Assembly: GCA_051960855.1 (NCBI GenBank)
Contig: JBQCDV010000091.1
Location: 56,347-120,346, forward strand
DNA length: 64,000 nucleotides
Source: Actinomycetales bacterium
GTDB taxonomy: Bacteria > Actinomycetota > Actinomycetes > JAJZTN01
Direction: 5' to 3'
In this document: one piece after another, positions 1-9,994 of the stretch
Layout of the letters: each line of letters begins with the position of its first letter
How positions within the stretch are numbered: position 1 is the first letter of the stretch
Notes under the pieces: generated by a model
Databases searched by the model: none
What the model was told of the DNA's origin: nothing
The model's input: only the letters and a program-made list of their open reading frames with translations
Translations under genes and position numbers: made by a program

Positions 1-1
1 A

Positions 2-86
2 CCAGCCTGTCTACGAAACCTCGCGGGAGGAGGCGCTCGCCGACGCGGAGGACGAGGGGGAGACCCTCGACCCCGCGGACGACTGA
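2..86 (+). CDS. 3' end of an upstream gene; acidic C-terminal tail (…YETSREEALADAEDEGETLDPADD*)
   Basis: Open frame from the window edge to TGA at 84-86; function unknown. Confidence 0.3.
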   Translation, partial: QPVYETSREEALADAEDEGETLDPADD

Positions 87-96
87 GCACCGCCGG

Positions 97-1194
97 ATGC
101 CGCGACTACGCCGTTCGGATACGGGGGGTGCCGGGTTCACGCGCCGGCGCGCCGGCAAGGGGTGGACCTACCTCGACCCCGACGGCGCCAAGGTGACCGA
201 TCCAGCTCAGCTGCAGCGTTTCCAGGACCTGGCGATTCCGCCAGCGTGGAAGGACGTCTGGATCTGCCCCTGGCCCAACGGTCACATCCAGGCGCTCGGC
301 ACGGACGCGGCCGGGAGGCGGCAGTACCTGTACCACCCGCAGTGGCGGGCACAACGCGACGCGGCCAAGCACGACCGCGTGCTCGAGGTGGCCGCGTGCC
401 TGCCTCGCGCGCGGGAGCGGGTCGCTGCCGCGCTCGCAAGCGAGGGGCTCACGCGTGAGCGGGTGCTGGCCGCGGCCTTTCGGTTGCTCGACCTTGGCTT
501 CTTCCGCGTTGGCAGCGAGAGCTACGCGGAGGACAACGGCACCTTCGGCCTCGCCACCATGCGCCGCGAGCACGTCACCGTCGACGGCGACGTGGTGGTG
601 TTCGACTACATCGCGAAGCACGGCAAGCAGCGGGTGCAAGCCGTTGTGGACCCCGCGGTCCGGCAGGTCGTGCGGGAGCTGTGCGAGCGCGACGACCCAG
701 CGCCCGAGCTGCTGGCGTGGTGGGACGACGCCCACCAGACGTGGCGCGACGTGAAGAGCAGCGACGTCAACGACTACGTGCGCGAGGCGCTGGGCGTCGA
801 TGCTTCCGCGAAGGACTTCCGCACCTGGCACGCCACGGTGCTGATGGCCGTGGCGCTCGCGGTGTCGACGGAGGTCCCGGCCTCGGTGACCGCGCGCAAG
901 CGGGCGGTGTCGCGAGGCGTCACTGAGGTCTCCTCGTATCTCGGCAACACCGCGGCGGTGTGCCGCAAGTCCTACATCGACCCGCGCGTGATCGACCTGT
1001 ACGACGACGGGATCACCGTGCGGCCCGCGCTGGACCGGCTGGCCGAGGGGCAGAGCTTCGGCGACCCGGCGACTCACGGTGCGATCGAGGCTGCGGTGCT
1101 GCAGATCCTGCGGGAGGACCCGGACGCCGCCGCGCGCAAGAAGGGCACCAGACGCGCGCCCAAAGTGCGCCGTTCGGTCGGGGCGGCCGCCTGA
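97..1194 (+). CDS. DNA topoisomerase IB (poxvirus-type, bacterial TopIB)
   Basis: 365-aa ORF; KDFRTWHAT and CRKSYIDP motifs match the TopIB catalytic Arg/His region and active-site Tyr. Confidence 0.8.
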   Translation: MPRLRRSDTGGAGFTRRRAGKGWTYLDPDGAKVTDPAQLQRFQDLAIPPAWKDVWICPWPNGHIQALGTDAAGRRQYLYHPQWRAQRDAAKHDRVLEVAACLPRARERVAAALASEGLTRERVLAAAFRLLDLGFFRVGSESYAEDNGTFGLATMRREHVTVDGDVVVFDYIAKHGKQRVQAVVDPAVRQVVRELCERDDPAPELLAWWDDAHQTWRDVKSSDVNDYVREALGVDASAKDFRTWHATVLMAVALAVSTEVPASVTARKRAVSRGVTEVSSYLGNTAAVCRKSYIDPRVIDLYDDGITVRPALDRLAEGQSFGDPATHGAIEAAVLQILREDPDAAARKKGTRRAPKVRRSVGAAA

Positions 1195-1260
1195 CGGCAA
1201 CGGCCGGCGCCCTCCTGGGTGCCGGCCGCTGCGGTCGTGCAGGGTCTCTGCCGATGGCTG

Positions 1261-2919
1261 CTAGGCCGTCTTGCTCTCGTGCTCGTTCGGCACGCAGTGG
1301 GTCATCGTGATGCCGGTGACGTCACGCGGCCCGTTCTTGCCGAGGTTGTCCAGCCGCGCGCGCTCCTCATCGGAGAGCGTCTGGTGCGGCAGTGGGGGCA
1401 GGTCACGGACGTCCTCGACGCTGATGCCCAGCCCGTCGCCGACGCGCTGCCCCAGCTCGTCCTCACAGAGGAAGAAGTGCCAGACCATCCGCTCCTGGAT
1501 GCGGCGGTCGCACTGGCTGAGCGCCCCGACGAGGTTGGCGACCAGGTCGTCCTTCTCCCACTGCTCGCTGAGCAGGTAGCGCTCGCCGGCCTGCTTGTAG
1601 TCGTTGGTGCGCGGCAGCGGCTGGCGCGTCAGCCGGCCGGTGATCTGCGGTCCCTGCTCCTCGTGTGCCGGACGCTGCGCCTCCGCGAGGCCGCCGAGGA
1701 TCGACGGCTCGTAGTTAACGTGCGGGTTCTCTCCGCCGTTGTCGACGTAGTAGGCCATCTGTCCGTCGCGCTGGTTGGTGGCGACGGTGGTGCCCTTCGG
1801 CTGGTTGACGGGCAGCTGCAGGTAGTTCGGGCCGACGCGGTAGCGCTGGGTGTCGCTGTAGGAGAAGGTGCGCCCCACCAGCATCTTGTCGTCGGAGAAG
1901 TCGAGACCGTCGACCAGCACGCCGGTGCCGAAGGCGATCTGCTCGTTCTCGGCAAAGAAGTTGCTGACGTTCCGGTCGAGGACCATCCGGCCGACCGGCT
2001 TCGGCGGGAACAGCTCCTCCGGCCACACCTTCGTGTCGTCCAGCGGGTCGAAGTCGAGCTCGGGGTGGTCGTGGTCGTCCATCAGCTGCACGCGCAGCTC
2101 CCAGGCTGGGTAGTCGCCACGCTCGATGGCCTCGTAGAGGTCCTTGGTGTGGTACCCGAGCTCCTGCGCCTGGACAGCGGCGGCGTCAGCGGCGGTCCAG
2201 GAGCGCACCGGCTGCTCCGGGACCCAGTGGTACTTCACGAGCTTCGTCTCGCCCTCGGCATTGACCCACTTGTAGGTGTTGACGCCGAAGCCCTGCTGGT
2301 GTCGGTAGCTGGCCGGGATGCCGCGAGGACTGAAGAGGATCGTGACCATGTGCATGGCCTCGGGGGTCTGGCTGAGGAAGTCGAAGACGCGGTTGGGGTC
2401 CTGCCGGTTGAAGCTGACGGGGTCCGGCTTCTGCGAGTGGATGAGGTCGGGGAACTTGATGGCATCGCGGATAAAGAAGACCGCGAGGTTGTTCCCCACG
2501 AGGTCCCAGTTGCCATCCTCGGTGTAGAACTTCACGGCGAAGCCACGCGGGTCACGCACGGCCTCCGAGGAGTCCCGCCCGCCCGCGACGGTCGAGAAGC
2601 GCACCGCCACCTCGGTCCGCTTGCCCTTGTCCTGGAAGAGCTTCGCGCGCGTGAACTGCGAGATCGGGGCGTCTCCCCACGTGCCATAGGCCTCGAAATA
2701 CCCGAACGCCGTTGTCCCTCGCGCGTGCACGACGCGCTCCGGCACGCGCTCCCGGTCGAAGTGGCTGATCTTCTCGAGGAACTGGTAGTTCTCGAGCGTG
2801 GCAGGTCCCCTGGCTCCGATCGTCCGCTGGTTCTGGTTGTCGTAGACCGGGTGTCCCTGCCGGGTGGTCAGCGTCGTGCGCTGCGTGTCGGCTGGGGTGT
2901 CCTTCTTCGCGTCCGTCAT
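1261..2919 (-). CDS. katA: monofunctional heme catalase
   Basis: 552 aa with typical catalase core ([26 protein letters not shown]-like, [12 protein letters not shown]); ATGA overlap with upstream furA. Confidence 0.95.
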   Translation of the reverse strand: MTDAKKDTPADTQRTTLTTRQGHPVYDNQNQRTIGARGPATLENYQFLEKISHFDRERVPERVVHARGTTAFGYFEAYGTWGDAPISQFTRAKLFQDKGKRTEVAVRFSTVAGGRDSSEAVRDPRGFAVKFYTEDGNWDLVGNNLAVFFIRDAIKFPDLIHSQKPDPVSFNRQDPNRVFDFLSQTPEAMHMVTILFSPRGIPASYRHQQGFGVNTYKWVNAEGETKLVKYHWVPEQPVRSWTAADAAAVQAQELGYHTKDLYEAIERGDYPAWELRVQLMDDHDHPELDFDPLDDTKVWPEELFPPKPVGRMVLDRNVSNFFAENEQIAFGTGVLVDGLDFSDDKMLVGRTFSYSDTQRYRVGPNYLQLPVNQPKGTTVATNQRDGQMAYYVDNGGENPHVNYEPSILGGLAEAQRPAHEEQGPQITGRLTRQPLPRTNDYKQAGERYLLSEQWEKDDLVANLVGALSQCDRRIQERMVWHFFLCEDELGQRVGDGLGISVEDVRDLPPLPHQTLSDEERARLDNLGKNGPRDVTGITMTHCVPNEHESKTA

Positions 2920-3476
2920 GCGGTGGTCTCCCTCTCATGGGTGACTGCTGGTTCGGCTTGGGGTGTGTGGTCTTGGCAGGCGGGGCAGAGGCCCCACCAG
3001 GTGACCTCCGCCTCGACGAGCACGAAGCCCGCCGGTGCCGAGGGGGTCACGCAGGGTGCCTCGCCGACCGCGCAGTCCACGTCGACGGTCAGGCCGCAGG
3101 CGCGGCAGATGACGTGGTGGTGGTTGTCGGCGACGCGGCGCTCGTAGCGGGCGGGTGACCCGGCCGGTTCGATGCGACGGAGCAGACCGGCACCGGTGAG
3201 CGCGTGCAGGCTGTCGTACACCGCCTGCACCGACACCCGGCCCAGTGTCTGCTGCACGTGGTCGACGACCTGGGCCGCCGAGGCATGAGGTGTCGACTCG
3301 AGGGCATCGAGGATGGCGAGCCGCACCGCCGTGACGCGCAGGCCTGCCGCGCGGAGTCCTGCCGCTCGCAGGTCGGCAGCCCGCAGGTCGGCAGCCCGCA
3401 GGTCGGCCGTCGGCCGGTCCGCGCGGGACCGGTCGGGGACCGGTGCTGCTGCCGTCACCGGGGCCTCGACGTTCAT
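2916..3476 (-). CDS. furA: Fur-family transcriptional regulator (FurA-like) with N-terminal DLRAA tandem-repeat extension
   Basis: Fur core with HHHVICxxCG and CPxC metal motifs; GGAGG RBS 8 nt upstream of ATG 3476; co-oriented and overlapping the catalase start. Confidence 0.85.
   Translation of the reverse strand: MNVEAPVTAAAPVPDRSRADRPTADLRAADLRAADLRAAGLRAAGLRVTAVRLAILDALESTPHASAAQVVDHVQQTLGRVSVQAVYDSLHALTGAGLLRRIEPAGSPARYERRVADNHHHVICRACGLTVDVDCAVGEAPCVTPSAPAGFVLVEAEVTWWGLCPACQDHTPQAEPAVTHERETTA
3336..3412. repeat. degenerate 15-bp tandem repeat (about 5 units, GCAGGTCGGCAGCCC-like) inside the furA 5' coding region
   Basis: Direct reading; encodes [24 protein letters not shown]. Confidence 0.8.
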
Positions 3477-3494
3477 CGCCCACCTCCCCTCTTT

Positions 3495-3509
3495 CTGGAA
3501 CTATTCCAG
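3495..3509. promoter_or_regulatory. perfect 6-3-6 palindrome CTGGAA-CTA-TTCCAG about 20 bp upstream of furA start; candidate Fur operator
   Basis: Seen in the divergent furA / oxidoreductase intergenic region. Confidence 0.4.
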
Positions 3510-3620
3510 TTTTGGTCGCGCGCGCCACCCTAGCGGGCTGGCGTCGGGAGAGGTCAACTCGCAAGGTGACGGGCAGGGTGAGGTCGACAGCACAACGACG
3601 GGCGACATCTCGGAGGCACG

Positions 3621-4496
3621 ATGGGTGAGCGGATCGCCTTTCTCGGCACCGGCATCATGGGAGGGGCCATGGCGCGGCGGCTGGCGGACGCCGGGCAGGA
3701 CATCGCGGTGTGGAACCGCACCCTGGACAAGGCCAGACCGTTGGCCGACGCCGGCGCCACCGTCGCGGCCAGCGTCGCTGACGCCGTTCGCGGTCGCACC
3801 CTGCTGGTCACGATGCTCGCGGATGCCGACGTCACCGCCGCCGCCCTCGGCAACGGGGACGCGCTCGCTGGCCTCGCGCCCGACGCTCTGTGGCTGCAGA
3901 TGGCGACCGTCGGGGTCGCTGGAGAGCAGCGGCTGCGCGGTCTCGCGGAGGCCGCGGGTGTGGGCTACCTGGACGCGCCCGTCTCCGGCACGAAGCAGCC
4001 CGCCGAGCAGGGCGCCCTCACGGTGCTCGCCTCCGGGCCCGAGGACCTTCGCGCCCGCGCCGAGACGGTCTTCTCGGTCGTGGGTTCGACGACCGTGTGG
4101 GCCGGGGAGGCCGGGGCCGGCAGCCGTCTCAAGCTGGTCGTCAACACCTGGCTGCTCGGCCTCCTCGGGGCGCTGGCCGACAGCATCCGGCTCAGTGAGC
4201 TGCTCGGCCTCGACCCTGCCGGCTTCCTGGCTGCCATCGAGGGCGGCCCGCTGTTCACGCCGTACGCGAAGCTCAAGGGTGGCGCAATGATCGCGGGGGA
4301 GTATCCGGCGGCGTTCCCGCTCTCGATGGCGAGCAAGGACGCCCAGCTGGTGGTGGAGGCCGCGCACGACGCCGGCGGCGACCTCCCGGTGGCCGATGCC
4401 CTGGCCGGGCTCTTCCAGCGTGCGGCTGCCCTGGATGGCGGCGAGCTGGGCCGTGCCGACATGGCCGCTGTGGTCGAGGCCCTGCGCCGCGCGTAG
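3621..4496 (+). CDS. NAD(P)-dependent oxidoreductase, 3-hydroxyisobutyrate dehydrogenase / 6PGDH NAD-binding family
   Basis: N-terminal IAFLGTGIMGGAMARRL Rossmann motif; HIBADH-like core. Confidence 0.85.
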   Translation: MGERIAFLGTGIMGGAMARRLADAGQDIAVWNRTLDKARPLADAGATVAASVADAVRGRTLLVTMLADADVTAAALGNGDALAGLAPDALWLQMATVGVAGEQRLRGLAEAAGVGYLDAPVSGTKQPAEQGALTVLASGPEDLRARAETVFSVVGSTTVWAGEAGAGSRLKLVVNTWLLGLLGALADSIRLSELLGLDPAGFLAAIEGGPLFTPYAKLKGGAMIAGEYPAAFPLSMASKDAQLVVEAAHDAGGDLPVADALAGLFQRAAALDGGELGRADMAAVVEALRRA

Positions 4497-4508
4497 GCCG
4501 GTCGCCGC

Positions 4509-5003
4509 CTATCCGCGGAACGGCGGAGGCGGTGGTGCCAGTCGTGCGCGCGGGCAGTCCGCCAGCGTCAGCCCCCCGAAGCCGAGGGCCTCGTCGCACA
4601 GCGTCTCGACGGTCCAGCCGTGCTCGCTGCCGAACCTCGTGACGGTCGCCCGGTAGATCGTGATCTCGTACCGGGTCGGTGTGCCGTACGCGACCTGCAT
4701 GGTGCCGATGAGCTCGGCGCCGCTGTCGTCGGACGGCCCGTGAAAGGGCCGGTCGTAGCGGCTCCACAGCGACGGCTCGGACTGCCAGCAGCCGCCGTTG
4801 TGCACGTCTCGCAGCGCGAGCTCCACGAGGACCGCCCGCGCAGCCTCCTCGGGCAGGACGGCGGCCGGGCGGATCACCTGCGTGAGCACGGCCTCGTCGT
4901 ACGCCGCCGCGATCAGGTCTGCGTCGTTGCTCGCCACCCTCTGCGCATCGACATCGCCGCGGCGCGCCTTGAGTCCACGGGTTGCGGGCGACCGGCTGGT
5001 CAC
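4509..5003 (-). CDS. hypothetical protein
   Basis: 164-aa ORF between the oxidoreductase and DUF3145; no recognisable motif; start uncertain. Confidence 0.35.
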   Translation of the reverse strand: MTSRSPATRGLKARRGDVDAQRVASNDADLIAAAYDEAVLTQVIRPAAVLPEEAARAVLVELALRDVHNGGCWQSEPSLWSRYDRPFHGPSDDSGAELIGTMQVAYGTPTRYEITIYRATVTRFGSEHGWTVETLCDEALGFGGLTLADCPRARLAPPPPPFRG

Positions 5004-5137
5004 CCTTCCGACGGGAAGGGCTGGTCACGAGCCGTCTCGTCGGGCACAATGCCTGCAGCAGCTCCGCTGGCTCATCCGAGCGACGGTGCCGAGGCCGCTG
5101 GGGAAGGCGCACCTCGCACCTGCAAGGAGGACCAGCG

Positions 5138-5653
5138 ATGACCGCTGCCAGTTCGACGTCGCGCGCCCGCGGCGTCGTTTTCGTGCATTCGGTGAGCCCA
5201 GCAGTGGCGCCGCATGTCGAGTTTGCGCTGACGCATGTCCTCGGCAGCCCCGTCTCGCTGGAGTGGACGGCGCAGCCCGTCGTGCCCCGCGCGCTGCGAG
5301 CGGAGCTGTCATGGCAAGGGCGTCCCATGACGGCCGCCCGGCTGACCTCGGCACTGCGGACGCTCGAAAAGGTGCTCTTCGAGGTGACCGAGGACGCCTC
5401 ACTGGGTGGCGAGGGCGAGAGGTACAGCTATACGCCGAGCCTCGGAGTCTTCCACGCACTGGTCGGGACCCACGGCGACATCCTGCTGCCCGAGGACCGG
5501 GTCCGTGCCGCCGTCGTGCGGGCCCAGGCCGGAGAGTGCCAGCTGGACTCCGAGCTCGACCGCCTGCTCGGCAAGCCGTGGGACGACGAGCTCGAGGCCT
5601 ACCGGCACGCCGGAGAGGGCGCTCCCGTCCGCTGGCTGCACGCCGTCGTCTGA
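5138..5653 (+). CDS. DUF3145-family protein (actinobacterial, fatty-acid-synthesis-associated)
   Basis: AAGGAGGA RBS then ATG 5138; GVVFVHSVSPAVAPHVEFAL…ELSWQG resembles the DUF3145 consensus. Confidence 0.7.
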   Translation: MTAASSTSRARGVVFVHSVSPAVAPHVEFALTHVLGSPVSLEWTAQPVVPRALRAELSWQGRPMTAARLTSALRTLEKVLFEVTEDASLGGEGERYSYTPSLGVFHALVGTHGDILLPEDRVRAAVVRAQAGECQLDSELDRLLGKPWDDELEAYRHAGEGAPVRWLHAVV

Positions 5654-5800
5654 CCCGCGGCGAATGGGTCAGTTGCCGCAACCCGTGGGCTCTTTCAGTT
5701 GCGGCACGTGACCCGATGCCGAGTCCCCCGACGTGCTGCCCCCCGGACCGGCCGAACCGTGCTGAGGAGGCTGCTCGTCGTCGCCGCGCTGCCCCCGTGA

Positions 5801-7216
5801 CTACAGCGGGATGTTGCCGTGCTGCCCGCGCAGCCCCGGCCGGTCGGCCTCGGCGATGGCGCGGGCGATCGCCGAGCGGGTCTGAGTGGGGTCGATGACC
5901 TCGTCGATCACGCCGATCTCGACGGCACGGGGCAGGCCGCCGGCGAGCTTCTCGTGCTCCGCCGCCAGCTCCAGCTCGACCTGCGCGCGCTGCTCGTCCG
6001 GCACTTCCGCCAGCCGGCGTCGGTGCAGGATGCGGATGGCAGCGACCGCTCCCATGACCGCCAGCTCCGCCGTCGGCCACGCGAAGACCTTGGTCGCTCC
6101 GAGAGCGCGGGAGTTCATCGCGATATACGCGCCGCCGTAGGACTTGCGGGTGACGAGGGTGACGCGCGGGACGACGGTCTCGGCGAAGGCGTGCAGCAGC
6201 TTGGCGCCGCGACGGACCACCCCGTCCCACTCCTGCCCGACACCGGGCAGGTAGCCGGGGACGTCGACGATGACGGCCAAGGGGACCCCGAGGGCGTCGC
6301 ACATGCGGACGAAGCGGGCTGCCTTCTCCGCGCTCGAGGAGTCGAGGCAGCCGCCGAGCCGGAGCGGGTTGTTGGCAATGACGCCGATGGTGCGGCCGCC
6401 GAGACGGCCGAGAGCGGTGACGATGTTCGGCGCCCAGCGTGGGTGCAGCTCGAGCGGCTCGTCGTCGAGGAGGGCGGCGACGAGCGGGTGCACGTCGTAG
6501 GCCCGCTTCGCCGACTCGGGCAGGTTCGCCCCCAGGTCGACGTCCTCGACGGAGTCGACGTCGAGCGTGCCCTGGCTGCCCAGCAGCGAGCACAGCCGGC
6601 GCGCCTCGTCGAAGGCCGCGTCGGTGGTCTCGGTGACGACGTGCACGACGCCGCTGCGGCGGCCGTGGGGCTCGGGACCGCCGAGGCGGAGCGCGTCGAC
6701 GTTCTCGCCGGTGACCGACCGGACGACGTCCGGGCCGGTGACGAAGACGCGTCCCTCGGGTCCGAGGATGACGATGTCGGTCAGGGCGGGGCCGTAGGCC
6801 GCTCCTCCCGCGGCGGGGCCGAGCACGACGGAGATCTGCGCGATCTTGCCGGAGGCCCGCGTCATGATGGCGAAGACCTCGCCGACGGCGTGCAGTGACA
6901 CGACGCCCTCAGGGAGCCGGGCGCCGCCGCTGTGCCAGAGCCCCACGATCGGGGTGCCATCTGCGAGGGCGCGCTGGTAGGCGGCGAGGATCACCTTGCA
7001 GCCGTCCACGCCCATCGCGCCGCCCATCACGGTGGCGTCCGAGACGAAGGCCGTGACAGGGGTGCCGTCGACGTGCCCGCGGGCGGCGAGCATGCCGCTG
7101 CGGTCGCGCTCGGTGAGCAGCTCGACCGTGCCGGGGTCGAAGAACCGCTCCAGGCGCAGGACGGGGTCGCGCGGGTCGACCTCGACGGTGAGACCAGGTG
7201 CCGCTGTCGTCGTCAC
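5801..7216 (-). CDS. accD6: acyl-CoA carboxylase carboxyltransferase beta subunit (AccD6-like)
   Basis: 471-aa carboxyl transferase domain protein; GTGA overlap with upstream kasA stop. Confidence 0.9.
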   Translation of the reverse strand: MTTTAAPGLTVEVDPRDPVLRLERFFDPGTVELLTERDRSGMLAARGHVDGTPVTAFVSDATVMGGAMGVDGCKVILAAYQRALADGTPIVGLWHSGGARLPEGVVSLHAVGEVFAIMTRASGKIAQISVVLGPAAGGAAYGPALTDIVILGPEGRVFVTGPDVVRSVTGENVDALRLGGPEPHGRRSGVVHVVTETTDAAFDEARRLCSLLGSQGTLDVDSVEDVDLGANLPESAKRAYDVHPLVAALLDDEPLELHPRWAPNIVTALGRLGGRTIGVIANNPLRLGGCLDSSSAEKAARFVRMCDALGVPLAVIVDVPGYLPGVGQEWDGVVRRGAKLLHAFAETVVPRVTLVTRKSYGGAYIAMNSRALGATKVFAWPTAELAVMGAVAAIRILHRRRLAEVPDEQRAQVELELAAEHEKLAGGLPRAVEIGVIDEVIDPTQTRSAIARAIAEADRPGLRGQHGNIPL

Positions 7217-8484
7217 GAGGCGCTCCGGACAGCGAGGGCGACGTTGTGGCCGCCGAAGCCGAAGGAGTTGTTCAGGGCGAGCAGCTCTCCCTCGGGCAGC
7301 GCCCGCGGCTCCCCTCGCGCCACATCGAGACGAACGTCGTCGTCGGGGTCCTCGAGGTTGGCTGTCGGCGGCACCTGGCGGTGGTAGAGCGCGAGGATCG
7401 TGGCGATGGTCTCGACCGCGCCGGCCGCACCGAGCAGGTGGCCGGTCATGGACTTGGTCGAGGTGACGACGACCTTGTCGGCTGCGTCGCCGAGCGCTTC
7501 ATGGATGGCCGCGGACTCCGCGACGTCGCCGACGGGCGTGGAGGTGGCGTGCGCGTTGATGTGCACGACCTGGTCGGGCGTGGCGCCGGCGTCGGCCAGT
7601 GCCAGCCCCATAGCGCGGGCCGCACCGGCGCCCGTGGGGTCGGGGGCCGCGATGTGATGGGCATCGGAGGTGATGCCCGCCCCGGCGATTACGCCGTACA
7701 CCCGGGCGCCGCGAGCCGTGGCCGACGACAGCCGCTCGAGGACGAGCACGCCCGCGCCCTCGCCGAGGACGAAGCCGTCTCGGCCCTTGTCGTAGGGCCG
7801 CGACGCGCGCTCCGGCTCGTCGTTGCGGGTCGACAGTGCCTGCATCGCGGCGAAGCCCGCGACGGGCAGCGGGTGGATCGCGGCCTCGGTGCCGCCGGCC
7901 AGGACGACGTCGGCGCGGCCGCTGCGGATCATGTCGGCGGCGTAGGCAATCGCCTCGGCGCCGCTGGAGCAGGCGCTGACCGTCGTGTGGGAGCCGGCGC
8001 GGGCCTGGAACTCGATGCTCACCCATGCTGCGGGCGAGTTGGGCATCAGCATCGGCACCGTCATCGGCAGCACCCGTCGCGCGCCGCGCTCCTTGAGCGT
8101 GTCGTAGGCGTCGAGCAGGGTCGTGACCCCACCGATGCCGCTGGCGATCACCACGCCGAGGCGCTCAGGGTCCACCTCGGGTGTGCCCGCGTCCTGCCAC
8201 GCCTCCCGCGCCGCGATCATCGCGAACTGCCCGGCGCGGTCCATGCGCTTGCGCTCGGGGACCGGGAGCACCTCGGCAGGCTCGACGGCGATCGTGCAGG
8301 CGAACTGCACGGGCACCATGTCGACCCAGTCGTAGGTCAGGGGCCGGGCGCCACTGCGGCCCGCGAGCATGGCCTCCCAGGTGGACGGGACATCTCCGCC
8401 GAGCGGGGTCGTCGCGCCGAGCCCGGTGACGACGATCGGGTCGTCAGCTCCGCTGCCGCGGCCGGCAGTCGCGTCGCTGCTCAT
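7213..8484 (-). CDS. fabF: beta-ketoacyl-ACP synthase I/II (KasA/FabF)
   Basis: Active-site Cys (SACSSG) and HINAHATST / NSFGFGGHN motifs. Confidence 0.95.
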   Translation of the reverse strand: MSSDATAGRGSGADDPIVVTGLGATTPLGGDVPSTWEAMLAGRSGARPLTYDWVDMVPVQFACTIAVEPAEVLPVPERKRMDRAGQFAMIAAREAWQDAGTPEVDPERLGVVIASGIGGVTTLLDAYDTLKERGARRVLPMTVPMLMPNSPAAWVSIEFQARAGSHTTVSACSSGAEAIAYAADMIRSGRADVVLAGGTEAAIHPLPVAGFAAMQALSTRNDEPERASRPYDKGRDGFVLGEGAGVLVLERLSSATARGARVYGVIAGAGITSDAHHIAAPDPTGAGAARAMGLALADAGATPDQVVHINAHATSTPVGDVAESAAIHEALGDAADKVVVTSTKSMTGHLLGAAGAVETIATILALYHRQVPPTANLEDPDDDVRLDVARGEPRALPEGELLALNNSFGFGGHNVALAVRSAS

Positions 8485-8643
8485 GTCTGGCCTTCCTGGA
8501 TCGGAAAATCGGTGGCCGGTTGATCGGTAAATCGGTGGGCCGGTTGTTCGGTGGGCCGCTTGTTCGGTTGGCCGGTGGCCGCTTGTTCGGGGACGCCGCA
8601 GCCGGGGCGAGACGCTCGCCCCCGCTACGTCGTTCGGGACGTA

Positions 8644-8892
8644 CTAGCTCTGGGCGCGCTGGATGAAGGCGACGGCGTCGCCGACGGTGCGCAGGTTCTT
8701 GACCTCGTCGTCCGGGATCTTCACGCCGAACTTGTCCTCGGCGTTGACGACGATCGTCATCATCGACAGCGAGTCGATGTCGAGGTCGTCGGTGAAGGAC
8801 TTGTCGGGCTGGACGTCCGAGGCGGGGATGCCGGTCTCTTCGTTGACGATCTCGGCGAGGCCGTCAAGGATGTCCTGCTCGGTGCTGGCCAT
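8644..8892 (-). CDS. acpP: acyl carrier protein
   Basis: 82 aa; DLDIDSLSM phosphopantetheine attachment motif. Confidence 0.95.
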   Translation of the reverse strand: MASTEQDILDGLAEIVNEETGIPASDVQPDKSFTDDLDIDSLSMMTIVVNAEDKFGVKIPDDEVKNLRTVGDAVAFIQRAQS

Positions 8893-8959
8893 AGGGTCTG
8901 CTCCTCCTGTTGTGTGGGGTCGAAGGTCGGTCGGATGTCACGGCGGGAGCGCCGCGCGG

Positions 8960-9973
8960 TCAGGGTAGGCGCACCACCTGGGCGGCGAACACCAGCCCGG
9001 CGCCGAAGCCGATCAGGAGGGCGAGGTCGCCGCTCTTGGCCTCGCCCGCCTCGAGCATCCGCTCCATGGCGAGCGGAATCGAGGCAGCCGAGGTGTTGCC
9101 CTGGTCGGCGATGTCGCGGGCGACGGGCACGTCAGCGGGCAGCTTGAGTGCCTTGATCATCGCGTCGGTGATGCGCATGTTGGCCTGGTGGGGGATGAAG
9201 GCGTCGAGGTCGGAGGCTTCGATGCCGGCGGCGTCCAGCGCCTGCTGGGCGACCTTGGCCATCTCCCACACTGCCCACCGGAAAACCGTCTGGCCCTGCA
9301 TCGTCAGGGGAATCCACTCGGTGCGGCCCTCGCGGACGTCGATCCACGTGCCGGTGTGGTTGATCGCCTCGTACTTCGAGCCGTCCGAGCCCCACACGGT
9401 CGGGCCGATGGCGGGGGTGTCGCTCGGGCCGACCACGACAGCGCCCGCGCCGTCGCCGAAGAGGAACGCCGTCGAGCGGTCGTGCTTGTCGGTGAAGTCG
9501 GAGAGCTTCTCGCACCCCACCACGACGACGTACTGCGCCGACCCGCCCCGCACCATGTCATGGGCGAGGGAGACGCCGTAGCAGAAGCCGGCGCAGGCCG
9601 CGGAGATGTCGAAGGCGGGCACACCGTGGGCGCCGAGGCGCTCGGCGAGCAGGGCGGCGCCGCTGGGCGTCTGCAGCGGGTGGGTCACGGTGGCGAGCAG
9701 GACCGCACCGACCTGCTCCGGGGAGATCCCGGCCTGGGCCAGCGCCTTGCCGGCAGCCGCCGTGGCCATGTCCACGACGGTCTCGTCCTCGGCGGCCCAA
9801 CGCCGCGTGACGATCCCCGAACGCTCCCGGATCCACTCATCGGAGGAGTCGATGTACTGGCAGATCTCCTCGTTGGTCACCACGCGGGACGGGCGGTAGC
9901 CGCCCACTCCGAGGATGCGGGCGTGGCGGGCGCCGGCAGGGACGGCGAGCTCGACGGTGCGGTCGCTGGGCAT
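8960..9973 (-). CDS. fabH: beta-ketoacyl-ACP synthase III
   Basis: FabH fold; AACAGF active-site Cys, HQAN and GFGAG motifs. Confidence 0.95.
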   Translation of the reverse strand: MPSDRTVELAVPAGARHARILGVGGYRPSRVVTNEEICQYIDSSDEWIRERSGIVTRRWAAEDETVVDMATAAAGKALAQAGISPEQVGAVLLATVTHPLQTPSGAALLAERLGAHGVPAFDISAACAGFCYGVSLAHDMVRGGSAQYVVVVGCEKLSDFTDKHDRSTAFLFGDGAGAVVVGPSDTPAIGPTVWGSDGSKYEAINHTGTWIDVREGRTEWIPLTMQGQTVFRWAVWEMAKVAQQALDAAGIEASDLDAFIPHQANMRITDAMIKALKLPADVPVARDIADQGNTSAASIPLAMERMLEAGEAKSGDLALLIGFGAGLVFAAQVVRLP

Positions 9974-9994
9974 GGGGGCCTCCTGTCGGCGGGG

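Noticed and set aside
106-1200. 364-aa minus-strand ORF fully antisense to topoisomerase IB (similar antisense ORFs: 1219..3147 +, 5025..6593 -, 12115..15303 +, 50646..54278 -, 42943..43941 +)
   Set aside because: Stop-codon-poor antisense frames of high-GC genes with Arg/Pro/Gly-rich low-complexity translations and no motifs; the sense-strand genes have clear family signatures
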